Assembly: GCA_976551045.1 (NCBI GenBank)
Contig: CDPCPM010000077.1
Location: 7,068,001 to 7,132,000, forward strand
Length of the DNA: 64,000 nt
Direction: 5' to 3'
Source of the DNA: Glaucostegus cemiculus
Taxonomy: Eukaryota
A program made the translations under genes and the position numbers. Below are positions 38,526 to 51,724 of the stretch, piece after piece; within the stretch, counting starts at the first letter, position 1; every line of letters begins with the position of its first letter. The notes under the pieces were generated by a model that saw nothing but the letters and a program-made list of their open reading frames with translations, was not told the DNA's origin and made no database searches.

Positions 38526-39849
38526 TAAATGCTGAAATATGGAAATCATTTTGTATTTTGCACTACAAAAAAAAACTTCTGAACATCTTGATGTTCCCCT
38601 CCTGGTTTGGAGAGAAAGCTTTGTATTTATGTGAAACCTTTCTTCACCCTGAAAGCCCCAAAGGCTCTTTACAGTCAATGATGTAATGTTGGAAATTCAA
38701 CCAGATTCATATGTACTGTCTGCTTTAGATAAATTAAACTTTAGGGTCATATTGGTTATGGCATCTGAAACTAATGTTAGTTACTAACTCAGAGAGTGGT
38801 TGAAGTAGATGTAACACGTGATATTTGTGGTGTGAACACTGAGGCCATTTAAAGCAGTGTTTCTTCTGTTTGATCAAATTGATTGCAATCTGGTTTTGAT
38901 TCCTTCCTTTCTAATGTGTTTTCATTGCCTCACAAGCAGGGACCTTGTTGATCGCAATTGATGTTTCAATTCTTATTGTTTATAGCGGTCTTTGTCAAAG
39001 CTTCCAACACAGGAGCTGGATAAAGTAACAGTGAACATGGGTTTAGTCCGCCAGGTCAGTTACAAAATGGCAACTTGCATCTGAGTTTTACCACAATATC
39101 CTGTCTGCTGCACTGCACGCACTTCTGTAGGTAATGTGAGGTTTGCTATTAACATGTTGCAAGGACAGAACCTTCAGTAATGATTAATTTCTTCTCGAAT
39201 CTTCCATATTGAACAAATCGTCCAGTATGTTACAAACTAGTTAGGTGTTGCTAATTGGAAATCCAAGTGCGACTAATTGCATTCCTCATTGATAAAAAAA
39301 AATACGAGTTAAAGACATTATTTTCGAGCATGTGTTTTCAGTACTCAGTTGCATGGTATATGCATGTAAACTTTGATGTTTTGATGCATTTGGTAGAATG
39401 AAAACTATCATTTTTTATCTGTAAGGCATGCACTAAAATGAATGCACGTCATTACAACTTTGTCATGTAGTCGTATCTGTGGCTTGTCACCAATTTCCAC
39501 TGAAGAATAATGTGATAGAAACACAGTGAAATATGTGGCTAATATTCCTTTGTATTATGAATGCAACACTGCAACTTCGGAGTCTGTATTGGGCTAAATT
39601 TGTGCTTGTAGAGGTGAGGAATGCTGGAAAATGGAATGTTTGCCTGTCATCCACTCAAATACTCACTCCAATCAAATATAAGAACCTTTAGACCTAAATG
39701 TGAAAATGGTTTATAGTATTCTGGCCGTGATTCTTAATACCGAATCTCAGGACCTCCCTCCAATGAATCAGGGTGATACTTTCTTGCAACTCTGTTCTTG
39801 TGGTCTCTGATGGAGAGGACCAGTTCGGTGGTGTTGTTGTACATGGGAT

Positions 39850-40960
39850 CATAGAAAATTTACAACACGAGAGGCCATCGTGTTCCATGCCAGTCAAGAA
39901 AAAGGCAACTCACTAGCTCCACCCCTGGGACTAGGTCTCTAATCCTGCAGGTCACAGCTCTTCAACTGCACATCCAAGTATTTTTAAATGCACTGAGAAA
40001 TGTCTCAGTCTTTTAAAGTGGATTCCATTCACTGGTTGGAACGTTTTTCTTCATTTCCCCTCCCGCCGGTTACCTTTAAATCTGCTCCTTGGTTTTGACC
40101 GCTCTGGTAAGGGAAATAGGTCCTCCTTATTTACACCATCTAAACCCCTCATAATTTTATACACCTCAGTTATTTCCCACAACTACCTCAGTTCGAAAGA
40201 AAATAACCCTAGCTGACCCAATTTTTCCCAACAGCCACAATGTTCAAAAACTGACATCATTGTCGTGAATCTCCTGTGTACCTACTTTAGTGTTATCATA
40301 TCTTTCTGTTAACGTGAAAAGAACAGCTCACAGCATTCGAGTTAAGGTCCTACTAGTGTGGTACACGGTCCTTGAAAAACCTTCCTGCAATTGTATAAAA
40401 GAGAGAATCCTGCATACCCTGTTACCCACTTTCCCGAACTGACCTTCATACCTTTAACGTTCACTGATGTGCAGTCCAGGTTTCTTTTAGACAATTCAAT
40501 ATCTCGTCATTTATTGTATGTACCTCACCAGATGCATTACCTCAAACTTCTCTGGATTAAATTTCATTTGCCATTTCTATGCCATATTGACCAAGACTAT
40601 TATTTCTTCCTGCAATCTGAAACCTTCCCCCAGAACCATGCAGCCAATTTTTGTATTAACTGAAGCTGCTTTATCATGTCCTTGCATTTAAGTCAAAATT
40701 GATGTATTTTACAACATGCATGTGACCTTTAGAATGCTCCTGGAAAAAGCCTTCCAGTCACATAAACAATTTACTCTTTTATGTCCCACCACTGAACTAA
40801 TTTTGGATCCACTCTCTTTTGATCTCATGGGCTTTGTTTTTTTTTGCCATGTGGAATCCTTCTCAAAATTCATACTAAAATCCATGTCAAATGCACTGCC
40901 CTCATTGGTCCTCCTCCTTACCTCCTCAAAAGCAGTTAGTCATAAGTAGCCAATAACTGT
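39850..40960 (-). mobile_element. Old CR1-like LINE fragment
   Basis: Decayed CR1 tail (atcatagaaaatttacaacacgagaggcc) followed by degenerate RT sequence. Confidence 0.6.
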
Positions 40961-41089
40961 ACCACTGCTGTCTTTGCTTGCAACGCAGAAACAGTCTGGT
41001 GACATGCTCCATCAGCTTAACATTCCCACCTCACTGAGTTAGGATACCAGCAAATGAATTCCCATCTTAGCAATGATAGCTGCACATAG

Positions 41090-41450
41090 AACACAGTAAA
41101 ACATCCCTTAATAGGAGGATTATGAGAAAAAAATTGATACTGGGCCATGTAAATGAAATATTAGGACATATGGCCAAAGGCTTAGTCAAAAAGCTGGATT
41201 TTAATAAGTGACCAAAAGAAGGGAGGAGCAGTTTAAGGAGGGAATTCCTGACCTTAGGACCTAAGCAGCTGAAGGCAAGGATGCCAGTGGTGTATTGATT
41301 TTAAATTGCTTTTGCCAGAAATTACAGAGAAGTGCGCTGAGATCTTGGTGGGTTTTGGGACTGGAAAAAGCTGCAGAATTAGGAAGGGATGGGCCATGGA
41401 GGGAATTGAAAACAAATATCAGAATTTTAAAAGCATAGTGACACTAAGCG
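41090..41450 (-). mobile_element. L2-like LINE 3' fragment
   Basis: gagggaattcctgaccttaggacctaagcagctgaaggc is the reverse of an L2-type AFS...WNSL terminus. A plus-strand relative lies at about 19850-20180. Confidence 0.5.
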
Positions 41451-42446
41451 AATATAGTACATTCTTACTGGTGTTACTCTTGTAAAAGTGCATAAAATAA
41501 TAAAGGTTTACCACCAATTTCATATCCAAGCAACATAAACCCTCCAGCCTCAGATGAGCCATATGTTGAGATGGTTGTGCAAAATGGCCACCACATTTGC
41601 TGCGTAGAAGTTGCTGAACAATATCGTTTTATGCCTAAGGCCAGAAGGTATTACTGCTGATAGTCAGAACAAGGACAAAAACAGGGATTCCAAAGTTTAA
41701 AAATAGTGAAACAGAGCTTAACAAAGTCTACATGCTGTTTACGGTAAGTACTCCATCCAGCAGTGAAAGGGGACATTCACACATCTTCACTCAGTGATGG
41801 TTGACGCCAATTGTCATTCTTGGCAACGGATCCAACAGAAGAAGGAGAAGCAAAAACTGAGACGGTGGGTGAGAATACCAGGGTGAAAGAAAATGCAGGG
41901 ATCAGACTTCGTCTCTCAGCCAGAGGTTGGGATTGGTTTGATGCATCTTTTGGTGAATCCCAAACTAAAATTGGCCCAAGAACCATTAAGTCGCTTTCCT
42001 GTGTCCCCAGCCTCATGGTTTTGTTGATCATGTTGGTTCCTCACTCTCTTGCTTTATCTCTGTACTCATGCTTTGCAAACTTCTCTCAATCATCTTTCAT
42101 TTCTCCTTCACTGACCTGGTTTACTACAGTAATAATTCTCTCACTTTCACCTTGCTACCTCTCAGTCCTTCCTCTTTCCTCCCTTGCTCTACTTTTTCTT
42201 GCCTTCCTCTAATCCTCCTTTCTTACCTCTGAGATCCTCACCACCCTCTCCCCTCCGTCCTTTCCCCCATCCTCTGCCCCTGTCCCTGCTTTCTTCCAAG
42301 CCTTCACCCCTCTCTCTACAGTGATAATTTCTTTTCATAAAATTGGTACCAAAGAACGTATTACTTTGACTTTCGGTTTTACAATGGAGGTTTAATGTTC
42401 AGGATATTCAGGATATTCCTGCTGGATGGTCAGTTCAGGATTGAGG

Positions 42447-42955
42447 TCTGGAGCAATACACATAAAATGCTGGAGAGACTCAGCAGGTCAGGCAGCATCC
42501 ATGGAGGGAAATAAAAAGTCGATGTTTCGGGCCAAAACCCTTCATCGGGACTGGAAAGGAAGAGGGCAGAAGCCAGAATAAGAAGGTCGGAGGAGGAATA
42601 CTTGTAATCAGGGGACAGGTGAGTTCAGGTGATAGGTGAGTCCAGGTGAGAGGGGGAAGGTAGATGGGGAAGTTGTAATAAGCTGAGAAGTGATGGGTAG
42701 AAGAGGCAACAGGCCAAAGAAGAAGGAATTTGGTAGGGCAGAGGACCATGGAATAAAGGATGGGGGAGGGGAGGAGATGGGCAGGTCATCAAGGCGAGGG
42801 AAGGGAGCTACAGGAATGAGGGAAGTCAAAGGAGCGGGGGGGGTGGGGGGAGAGAAAAAGAAGGGGTGAGGTTACCAGAAGTTAGAGAAATCGATGTTGA
42901 GGCCATCAGGTTGGAGACTCCCAATGCGGAATATGAAATGTTGTTCAACAGATAC
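42447..42955 (-). mobile_element. Penelope-like element 3' fragment, same family as 50901-51790
   Basis: Minus strand encodes EQHFIFRIGSLQPDGLNIDFSNFW*, followed by the same 3' region and pLTR. Hammerhead remnant at 42516-42553 reads CAGTC CCGATGA AGGGTTTTGGCCC GAAA CATC GACTT. Confidence 0.85.
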
Positions 42956-43344
42956 AGGAGCTGCCTGGATATTATAATGCCAGCAAAATATATAATGGTG
43001 GGCTGTGGAGATTTACAAGTGACTCCACTGGGAGTTTTTAGGAAAAAGACTGAGGCAAGCAAAAGCTGCCAAAAAAAGTACTAAAGGTCAGGGAAAATAA
43101 TATGAAGATCAGAGCGGGAAAAATATCAGAGAAGAATTGGAAGATGTGGATTCAGGAGGGGTAGGTATGCCATCAGTGGCTGGAAAGCCAGAAGTATTGA
43201 ACTCTCTGAGAACCATCCCTTCCATCCTCTGCCCTTGCTGATCACAAGAAACACTGTTCCCATCTACTGGATAGAAATATGGGCAGCAGAGGTTAAAGAG
43301 AGGGGTTGGAAGACTTCAGTAACTGTGGGGAGCCAGACTTTCAA

Positions 43345-43815
43345 CCAAGAGATTCACCAGGATGTTGCTTGGAATAGAGGGCTGTAGTTATAAGGAAAGA
43401 TTTTATAGGCTGCGTTTATTCTCACTGGAACATTGGATGCTGAGGGGTGACCTTATATAGAGGTTTATAAAATTATGAGGGGCATAGATAGGATAGGTAG
43501 TCAGAATTTTCTTCCCCAAGGCAGGAAGCCTAGAACTGGAGGGCACAGGTTTAAGGTGAGAGGGGAGAAACTTAAAGAAGGTATGAGGGCTAGGTTTTTC
43601 ACACAGAGGGTGGTGAGTGTATGGAGCAAGCTGCCAGAGGCTATGGCGGAGACAGATGCAATAACAGCATCTGAAAAGAGTTTGGACAGGTACTTGGATA
43701 GGAAAGCAGGAGAGGGGATACGGGCCTAAAGTGGGATTAGCATCGAGAGGTATCACGGTCAGCATGGACGAGGTGGGCCAAAAGGACCCACTTCTGTGCT
43801 GTACGCTTCTATGGT
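43345..43815 (+). mobile_element. CR1/HER1-like 3' fragment
   Basis: Translation MRGIDRIGSQNFLP..RTGGHRFKVRGEKLKEGMRARFFTQRVVSVWSKLP...LDRYLDRK. Further CR1 pieces lie at about 25640-26140, 28510-29430, 47655-47990 (-), 49570-50560 and 63530-63830 (-). Confidence 0.85.
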
Positions 43816-44756
43816 GATGGAAGAGGGGTGTTTTGACATCTAAAGAAGAATGGCCAGAGTCTGAAGTAAACGTGCTGTTGCAGTTTGGAACAGCAAATTT
43901 AGAAGGAGTGGTACTGCATTGTGGTTTGTACCCCTCATCAGAAGAATCACAGCTCTATGCAATCAGTAGGAATGTTCAGGGTGTCACAGGATATGGTGGG
44001 CTTTATTTTTATCATTTTGCAGGATGTGGGCATTTTATTGCCTGTCCCTAATTGCAAAGGTGGTGGTGACTGTCGCTGAACTGTTGCAGTCTCTGCGGTA
44101 AAGCTGCTTTTTCAGATGTATTGGGTAATAGGACTTAGACCCAGTGACTGTGAAGGGTGGGCAGTTTATTTCCCAGTCTAGATGGAACTTTAATGTGTTA
44201 CATGTATACAAATGATCTGGAGGTTTAATACTTGCATTGTACGCGGCTTCTTATTTGCTTACATTGGTCTCCCATCGTGGTTGCAAACAGCAGCTGAGTG
44301 GTGTGATGTGTTCTTTAATTGTCCTTGTTTGCTTTGCATTATGCTCCCCTCTCCTCCTTGTCCTTGGTTGTTTCTCTGAACTTACCTTCTCTCACTACTT
44401 TCCGATGTTTTAGTTCAGCCTCTGTGATGACCTCTCCCTACTCTTCAATTAGCTCTCCAACCAAATGACCATTTTCCCCCATTCTATCCCTTCAGTTCCT
44501 TCACCCTAAGTTTCCTTCCCATTTATAGTTCTACTCCTTGGGAACGTAGGAAGCAGGATTATGAATTTCAGCCTCTATATCTGGTCTCCCTTTAACTCGG
44601 GTGACAATTGATTTCTGTCTCTGCACAGTTCACTTAAGTTCACTCCAGATCCCTTGAAGTTCCTCTTTACCAATATCTGCAGATGCTTTAAGTCTGAAAT
44701 AAAAACTCAGTGCTGGAAATGTTAAAATCCGTTGATATCAGTTTAAATTGGCAAGA

Positions 44757-45226
44757 CTCGTTGTTGTGCGAGCTTTTTGTTGCCTTGTCTGGCCGTCTGG
44801 TAAGCAGTTCTGGAGCATCCAGGCCAGAACTACTAGACTGCACAACAGTTCTTCCCCAGGCTGTCAGGCTTCTGAATACCCTGGAAGCAGTCTCAGAGAA
44901 ATGCTGTGTCAAAAGTCTTGGTTTGCACTACGGCACATAAGAACTTTGGCTGCTGCTGAACATGTTTATGCACTTAGTGCAATACACTGAGTTCTGTATT
45001 TTCTTTGTCCAATTAGATTTTGCACTAACCTTGCACTAATTTTGTACCCTGTATATTTTTTGCACTATTTGTTTCTGCACAATTTTTCTGTCTGCGTTTA
45101 TTGTATGTTCTCTGTTCTATGTATGTCCTCTGTTGTGTAAGTCTGGAGGAAACAACATTTTGTTCCTCCATGTGTCTTACAGCATATGGGTGAATGACAA
45201 TAAAGTATAACTTGAACTTGAACTTC
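44757..45226 (+). mobile_element. Rex1/Babar-like LINE 3' end, second family
   Basis: Translation PSGKQFWSIQARTTRLHNS..PQAVRLLN; tail gacaataaag...(CTTGAA)n. Confidence 0.75.
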
Positions 45227-46947
45227 ATATTTACTCTAACCATTGGCTGACTGCATTTCTACTGAGATTCATATTGAATTTTAGGATTGTGCCTCTTTAA
45301 TCTGGATTTTTCCACTATAGGAAATAGTTTTGCCAAATCCACCCCAGTTACACATCTCAACCATCAGAGCTAACCAAATAAAAGCTTGAATCTTTTGAGC
45401 TCTGTTGATTCCCAAAAGCCTGCACTGTACAGTACAAGGCCAATATTTCTTCCTGGGTATTGGCCCCAACCAGGCAGGCTGACAAGGACTGGAATGGTAA
45501 GGTAACAGACTTGAGCCCAAGCTAAAATGGTGAGAGTTTGAGAGAGTGAGGTTGCATTGCTGAAGTCTGGAGCTGGGATTTTGGGGATGGTGGGGTGTAG
45601 GAAGACAGAAAAGCAGTAGGAGAGAGGGAGAGCATGAGGTGGTAAAGGCTTGCAAGGGGGAATAAGAGGGGAGAGCAATGGATGAGTCAGAGGATGGTGG
45701 ATTTGAGAGTTACAGAAGATTAATAGATTAACTAAATATCTAGATTGTAGATTGCACTGGAGGTATCTGTACCATACTAGAATGCAAAGGTTTCAAAATT
45801 CCCCTTACTGTTTACCCACATCAAGGTTTACCAGCCACCCACACACCTTTTCCAGCATGCATTTCATAATATTATTTTGCTAAATAATTCTTAAAGCCGT
45901 ATAACTGCCCCAGTCCTTTCCACTTATCACCCTTGATAAGACTTTATTGCTTCATCTTTTCAATGGCTGACTTATCTAGTTTAAAGTAAATAACTGCTGA
46001 CATGCTTTATATATTGCCTCCCTGCCGTTCCCCCTGTTAGTAATCAGACACCTGCTGTCTACTCACAAGGGCATTGGAAAGAACAAGCACTTTTAAGAAT
46101 CACACCAGTTATTAATTTCACAGTTAACTCATTTCACAATTTCATTTCCAAAGGGGATTAGTGAAACATCATGGAGCACCAGAAAACATATTAATATCGC
46201 AGTCATATCAAATAAATCATCATGCTTTTAATGTTAATGAACACTTTCTGTTGACAAGCTGAAGTTAAGTTGTTGACAAGTTTTCTTTGGTTATTGTTGA
46301 GCTGAACCACACTATTGAACAATCCTGTAACCCTTGCAATGGTACCTGTTGGTAGACAAAAGAATATGCTGTTTGACTTATCAGTGTTTGAAACTGCTGT
46401 GTAAATAAAATGTGGCTAGTTTTATTCCGAGCTTTCCAATATCCTTTTTGGAAATTAATTAAGCATCCTGATTGTGAAGATTTGGCATTTCCTCTCTGCA
46501 GTGGAGTTATTTTTAAGGTGCATTCAGTAAAAAGCACCCTTATTATGGGGTGTGTCTAGTGACTCCCAGTGCATCAGTTGTAACTGTAAGCTAAATACCA
46601 GCAATTGAGTGCAATCCACAACATGAAATGTTGCAAGGAAGAACCCAGAATGTCCTCCCAAAAAACTCCCTCTGTAGATGTTGCCTAACCCACTGAGTTC
46701 CTCCAGCAGTTTATTTTTTGCTCCAGATTCCAGCATCTGCAGCCTCTTGTGTCTCCATCTAGCTAACAAAGTGGTAGTTTCAGAAGGCAGTTCCACTACT
46801 TCTAGGGAAGCCCAACAGAAGAGTAGGAAACTGCAGCAGAAATTGTGCTGCGGGTATTGGCAATTAAGGGTGCGGGGCAAGTCCTCCCACTCCTGCCCTC
46901 CTCACCCCTCCCACCCCTTCCCTGTTCATCTGAGCTGCAATTCCTGA

Positions 46948-47240
46948 GATAAAATATATCTTATTAGTCGCATGTACATCGAAACACACAGTAAAATACA
47001 TCTTTTGCATAGAGTGTGCTGGGGGCAGCCTGCAAGTGTCACCACGCTTCCGGCACCAACACAGCACGCCCACAACTTCCTAACCTGTACGTCTTTGGAA
47101 TGTGGGAGGAAACCAGAGCACCCGGAGGAAACCCATGCAGACACAGGGAGAACGTACAAACTCCTTACAGACAGCAGCCAGAATTGAACCCGGGTCGCTG
47201 GCGCTGTGATAGCGTTATGCTAACTGCTATACTACTACCT
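46948..47240 (-). mobile_element. V-SINE, tail type A
   Basis: Reverse-complement copy of the family. An internally deleted copy lies at about 20226-20376 (-) and a head-only piece at 57098-57175 (+). Confidence 0.88.
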
Positions 47241-48085
47241 GGAACAAGAGGCTGCAAAGTCCAAATTATTTGGGGACTGAGGCATGGAGTTGCTGAAATA
47301 AGCCTTAATTAAAGACCAATGGCCTTCCACTATTAGTGATAATTAAATTATCTCGCCTAACATCCAGAGATGTTACGGATTACCCACAGAGATATGCATA
47401 CCACTGTTCAGGATCATCTGCCATAGTGTGCAGGTAATATCTAATTTCATGACTAGATTGTTTGATTTCAGATCTTTAATATTGTTCAATTAGTTGAATT
47501 CTATTTGTAGCAGCTGAACTAAGGGCCACTCACATGGGGGCTGCAGTGCCCCCGTGGTACTCAACTTGATGCAGACCCGTGATGTCGTGAACCAAGTTAT
47601 GTTGATTCTTCAAAGTCAAAACAAAGGCAGAAGGAACAAGGCATGCCTCGGACTCTAATAGAGTCACGGAACAGTACAGCACAGATATAGGCCCTTCGGT
47701 CCAACCAGTCCATGCCGACTACAGTACCCACCCACCTAGTCCCAACTTTGTACGTTCGGCCCATGTCCCTCCATGTACCTATCCAAGTGCTTTTTAACTG
47801 ATACTATTGTACCTGCCTCAACCACTTCCTCTGGCAGCTCTTTCTATATGGTCACCGTACTCTGCATGAAAGAGATCTCCCTGAGGTCCCTTCTAAATCT
47901 TTCCCCTCTCACCCTAAACCTATGCCCCCTAGTTTTGGACTCCCCTACCCTGGGGAAAAGACTGTTATTATCCACCTTATCTATGCCTCCAGTGAAGTCT
48001 GTCACCAAGGTTTAACCAGTGTTGTGTGTTTCTGGCTGCAAGGATAACCTAAGGATAATGGTAGTAAGTGAAGAAGGTTCCATGT

Positions 48086-48350
48086 TTTTTTAAATTTATT
48101 TTTATTTATTCACAGCGTGGTAACAGGCCCTTTCGGCCCAACGAGTCCAAGCCGCCCATTTTAACAACCCCCCCCCAGATTAACCTACCCGTACGTCTTT
48201 AGAATGTGGGAGGAAACCGGAGCACCCGGAGGAAACCCACGCAGACACAGGAGAACATACAAACTCCTTACGGTCAGTGACGGGAATCGAACCCCGATCG
48301 CTGGCGCTGTTAACAGCGTTGCGCTAACCGCTACGCTATCGTGCTGCCCC
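48086..48350 (-). mobile_element. V-SINE, tail type B, young copy
   Basis: Near-identical to 11912-12170, with many CpGs retained. Confidence 0.88.
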
Positions 48351-49184
48351 AACAACAGTTTCAAGCAACAGTTTGCAAAACAACCACAGGAGGACACAGA
48401 GTAACACAATAGGTGGGCAGGCACTGTTCGGTCTTTGGGAAATATGAAGTACAGACATTCCAATTTTGCAAAACAATGTTATCACCAGTACAGGTTGTTC
48501 ATGCTCCTGCTTTGCTTCCTGTTCTAACAAGTTTCAGCAAAACTGTCCGTTGCAGACTGAATTCGGTATGTTTAAAATAAAGACAAGTCTGCTTCATTGT
48601 AGTTTTTGATTCCGTCTTCTAAACAGATGTGCTCAAACACTGCTTTGATCTCCCAGCTGTACAACGGTTTCCAAGATATTCATCTTTTGCAATAACACCA
48701 TAACTCAGAGAAGTTGCTGTTGCAATTTGAAAGTTTTTCAGCATGTTATTATTCCAGACAGAGACTTTAATCCATTCAAGCTTGTATTCTTGTTTAAATT
48801 GACCCAATAGCAACCATCAAGATAGTTTTTTTTTGAAGCACCAATTTACTGGCATAAGGCTTTAGCTTTGATGCTTAAGATTTATTCTTTATTCTCTTTC
48901 ATGCCCTCCATTTTAAATAAAAATGACACTACTTGTGTTTTAGCTAATTTTCCACAAGAGTTGCATTTTAAAGCTCTGGAGGGACACATATTTGCAACTG
49001 TGTTTTTAAATTATAAGCAAAATCAAAGCGAATGGAATTAAAGGGACAAGAGCAATGCAAATATAACATTTGTCTAATAATAAAAATAAGGATCATAAAC
49101 CATTGCTTTTTTAACTGGACAGAATTGTAAAGTTGTATTTACCGGAGGTTGGTGTTTTTGTGTCAGATGTAGTTTACGTATTTT

Positions 49185-49570
49185 CCTCTCAAGTCTGCTC
49201 CATAGACTTGTACCTAACAACCTAGGCTGACACTCCACTGCAGTACGGAAGGAATTTGCATCCCTGGGTGTGCAGTATAGTGAAATAGAGGCCTAGTCTC
49301 TCTAAGCAATCTCATGGGCACTGTTTTAAAGAAGAGTCAGGGAATTATCCTCAGTGTTCTTGCCAGTCGTTAAATCCTCAGAGAATTATTGTAAGGTTAA
49401 ACTGGTGAAAATTACCTTGGTGTTTCTGAGAGTTTGCTGTGTACAACTTAGTTGTTTGTTTTTTGCATCATAACAGTGACTGAACATCGTACATGTCATT
49501 CACTTTAAAGTGTTTTAGGAAATCCTAAGTGAGACATGAAAGGAACTATAAATGCAACTTTCCCTTTCTT
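49185..49570 (+). mobile_element. DeuSINE (SacSINE1-like), decayed
   Basis: ctaggctgacactccactgcagtac...gcactgttttaaagaagagtcaggga matches the Deu-domain pattern. Other decayed copies lie at about 1-190 (-), 6700-6960 (+), 13490-13780 (-) and 62890-63110 (-). Confidence 0.6.
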
Positions 49571-50979
49571 TAAATGTATTATTCACCTTGGCCAATGGGC
49601 AGGTAATAAGCGCAAAGTTCTCAGCTGACAACTTGGAAATGTGTTAGACAATGAAGAGGATAGCGAAGGGCACAGACTAACTGGTAAAATACACTGAGGT
49701 GTGGCAGCTGAAATTTAAAACAAGGATGTGAATTGATTGCAGAAGAGCTGGAGGAAAGAGACGATATAAATAAATAGCATGGTTTCGTGGATGCAGAAGA
49801 ACCTATAGGCATATGAGCACACACCTATGAAGCTGTTTACAGAAGCTGTTGACTCTAGCTTTTGAGTAATGGCAGAGAGCACAGAAGAGGAGGTTCTGCT
49901 AAATCTTCATGAAGCACTTGATAGACCTCAACTGGAGTATTGTTTCAATTTGGAAGATTGTCAACAACTATAACTATTTACAATTACAACATTTGAAAGA
50001 CGTTTGGACAGGTACATAGATAGGAAAGGTTTAGAGGCATATAGGCCAAATGCCGGGTAATGGATTAGCTCAAATAGACAACTTGACAAGTTGGGCCAAT
50101 GGGTTTATTTTCCGTGTTGTATAACTCTGACTCTTACGTACTAAAATCGCAACAAGGTTGAGAGAATTCAGTTACATAGAAAGACTGGAAATGCTGGTGG
50201 TGTTCTGCTGGAAACAGGGAATAGAATAGAGGTGTTCAAAATCATGGAGGGTCTTGATTGAGTAAATAAAAAGAAACTGGTTCATCTGGTGAAAGGATTG
50301 ATCCATTGAAGTTTACACATTTAATCTGATTGCCAAAAGAAATGGAGGTACTGGAAGAAACTTGTTTATGCAACTAAGATCTGGAAATTGCCAAAGTTGT
50401 GGAAGAAGGTTCAATGCAAATTGCTTAAACGCTTGATGTTTTGTTTTAAAATGGGCCATAGGAAAAGTGCAGACTGAGATAGCAGACAGGGAGGTACCTC
50501 TCCCAAGGATCTGAGGTGAACAGCCTCCTGTAGCATGCCAACTTAACCGAAGTTTGGACACTTCCCTCTTGTGTTGAAGCAGTTAATAGGGAGCAGTGCA
50601 GTACTGTAGGGTGGTGCAATGAAATTCCTTCACGCAAGCAAAGAATGGTGTACATGACAGTAAACTAATCTGAAATATGCAGTTTCCCTCAGTGTTGAAA
50701 GGAAAATCATTGCAAACACAGACACTGTTGTTGACACTGAGTTTGACCATTGGGTGAGGCAAGCAGCAAGGGGAGTTGTCCTTTAAAATGGTTTGCTGAC
50801 ATTCTAGCCTAGATGTTAGTTGGCATGCCTGAGTTGCCCAGTACTGCAGCAATGTGCCTCATTCACCATATAGGTAAAGTCTCCAGTAGTATATCCAGAG
50901 CACAAGAAATTCTGCAGATGCTGGAATCTGGAGCTGGAGGAACTCAGCAGGTCAGGCAGCATCCATGGAGGGAAATAAA

Positions 50980-51017
50980 CAGTCAACGTTTCAGACCAAG
51001 ACCCTTCATCAGGACTG
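50980..51017 (-). ncRNA. Minimal type I hammerhead ribozyme motif (Penelope-type)
   Basis: Minus strand reads CAGTC CTGATGA AGGGTCTTGGTCT GAAA CGTT GACTG: 5-bp stem I, intact CUGAUGA/GAAA core, palindromic minimal stem III, and stem II weakened to G-U pairs. Confidence 0.7.
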
Positions 51018-51686
51018 GAAGGGAAGAGGGCAGAAGCCAGAATAAGAAGGTGGGGGGAGGGGGAGCAGCACATGCAGGCAGGGGACAGGTGAGTTCAGGT
51101 GATAGGTGAGTCTGGAGTCCTTTGGAGTGACGGAGTCCTTCGCTCTGTCTACTGCAACCCCAGACCTCCCAGTGGCCACCAACTTCAATTCCACATCCCA
51201 CTCCCATACTGACGTGTCTATCCACGGCCTCCTCTGCTGCCACATTGAGGTCAGGCGCAGGCTGGAGGAACAACACCTTGCATTCCGCCTTGGGAGTCTC
51301 CAACCTGATGGCCTCAACATTGATTTCTCTAACTTCAGGTAACCCCACCCTTTCTTTTTCTTACCCAGCCCCCCAACTCCTTTGTCTTCTCTTATTCCTA
51401 TGGCTCCCTTCCCCAACCTTGATGACCTGCCCATCTCCTCTCCTCCCATCCCCCATCCTTTATTCCATGGTCCACTGCCCTCTCCTACCAGATTCCTCTT
51501 CCTCCAGCCTTTGGCCTCTTCTACTCATCACCTCTCAGCTTATTACATCTTCTCCCCCTCCCCCACTCACTACCTTCCCCCCCCTCACCTGGACTCACCT
51601 ATCACCTGAACTCACCCATCCCCTGCCTGTGTGTTCTCCTCCCCCTCCCCCCACCTTCTTATTCTGGCTTCTGCCCTCTTCCCTTC

Positions 51687-51724
51687 CAGTCCTGATGAAG
51701 GATCTCAGCCCGAAGCATCGACTG
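51687..51724 (+). ncRNA. Degenerate minimal hammerhead motif
   Basis: CAGTC CTGATGA AGGATCTCAGCCC GAAG CATC GACTG. GAAA is mutated to GAAG. Confidence 0.55.

Noticed and set aside
6163-48463. Recurrent 'YVLPVSAWVSSGCSGFLPHSKD' ORFs that look like a small protein family
   Set aside because: These are translations of the V-SINE core, not genes.
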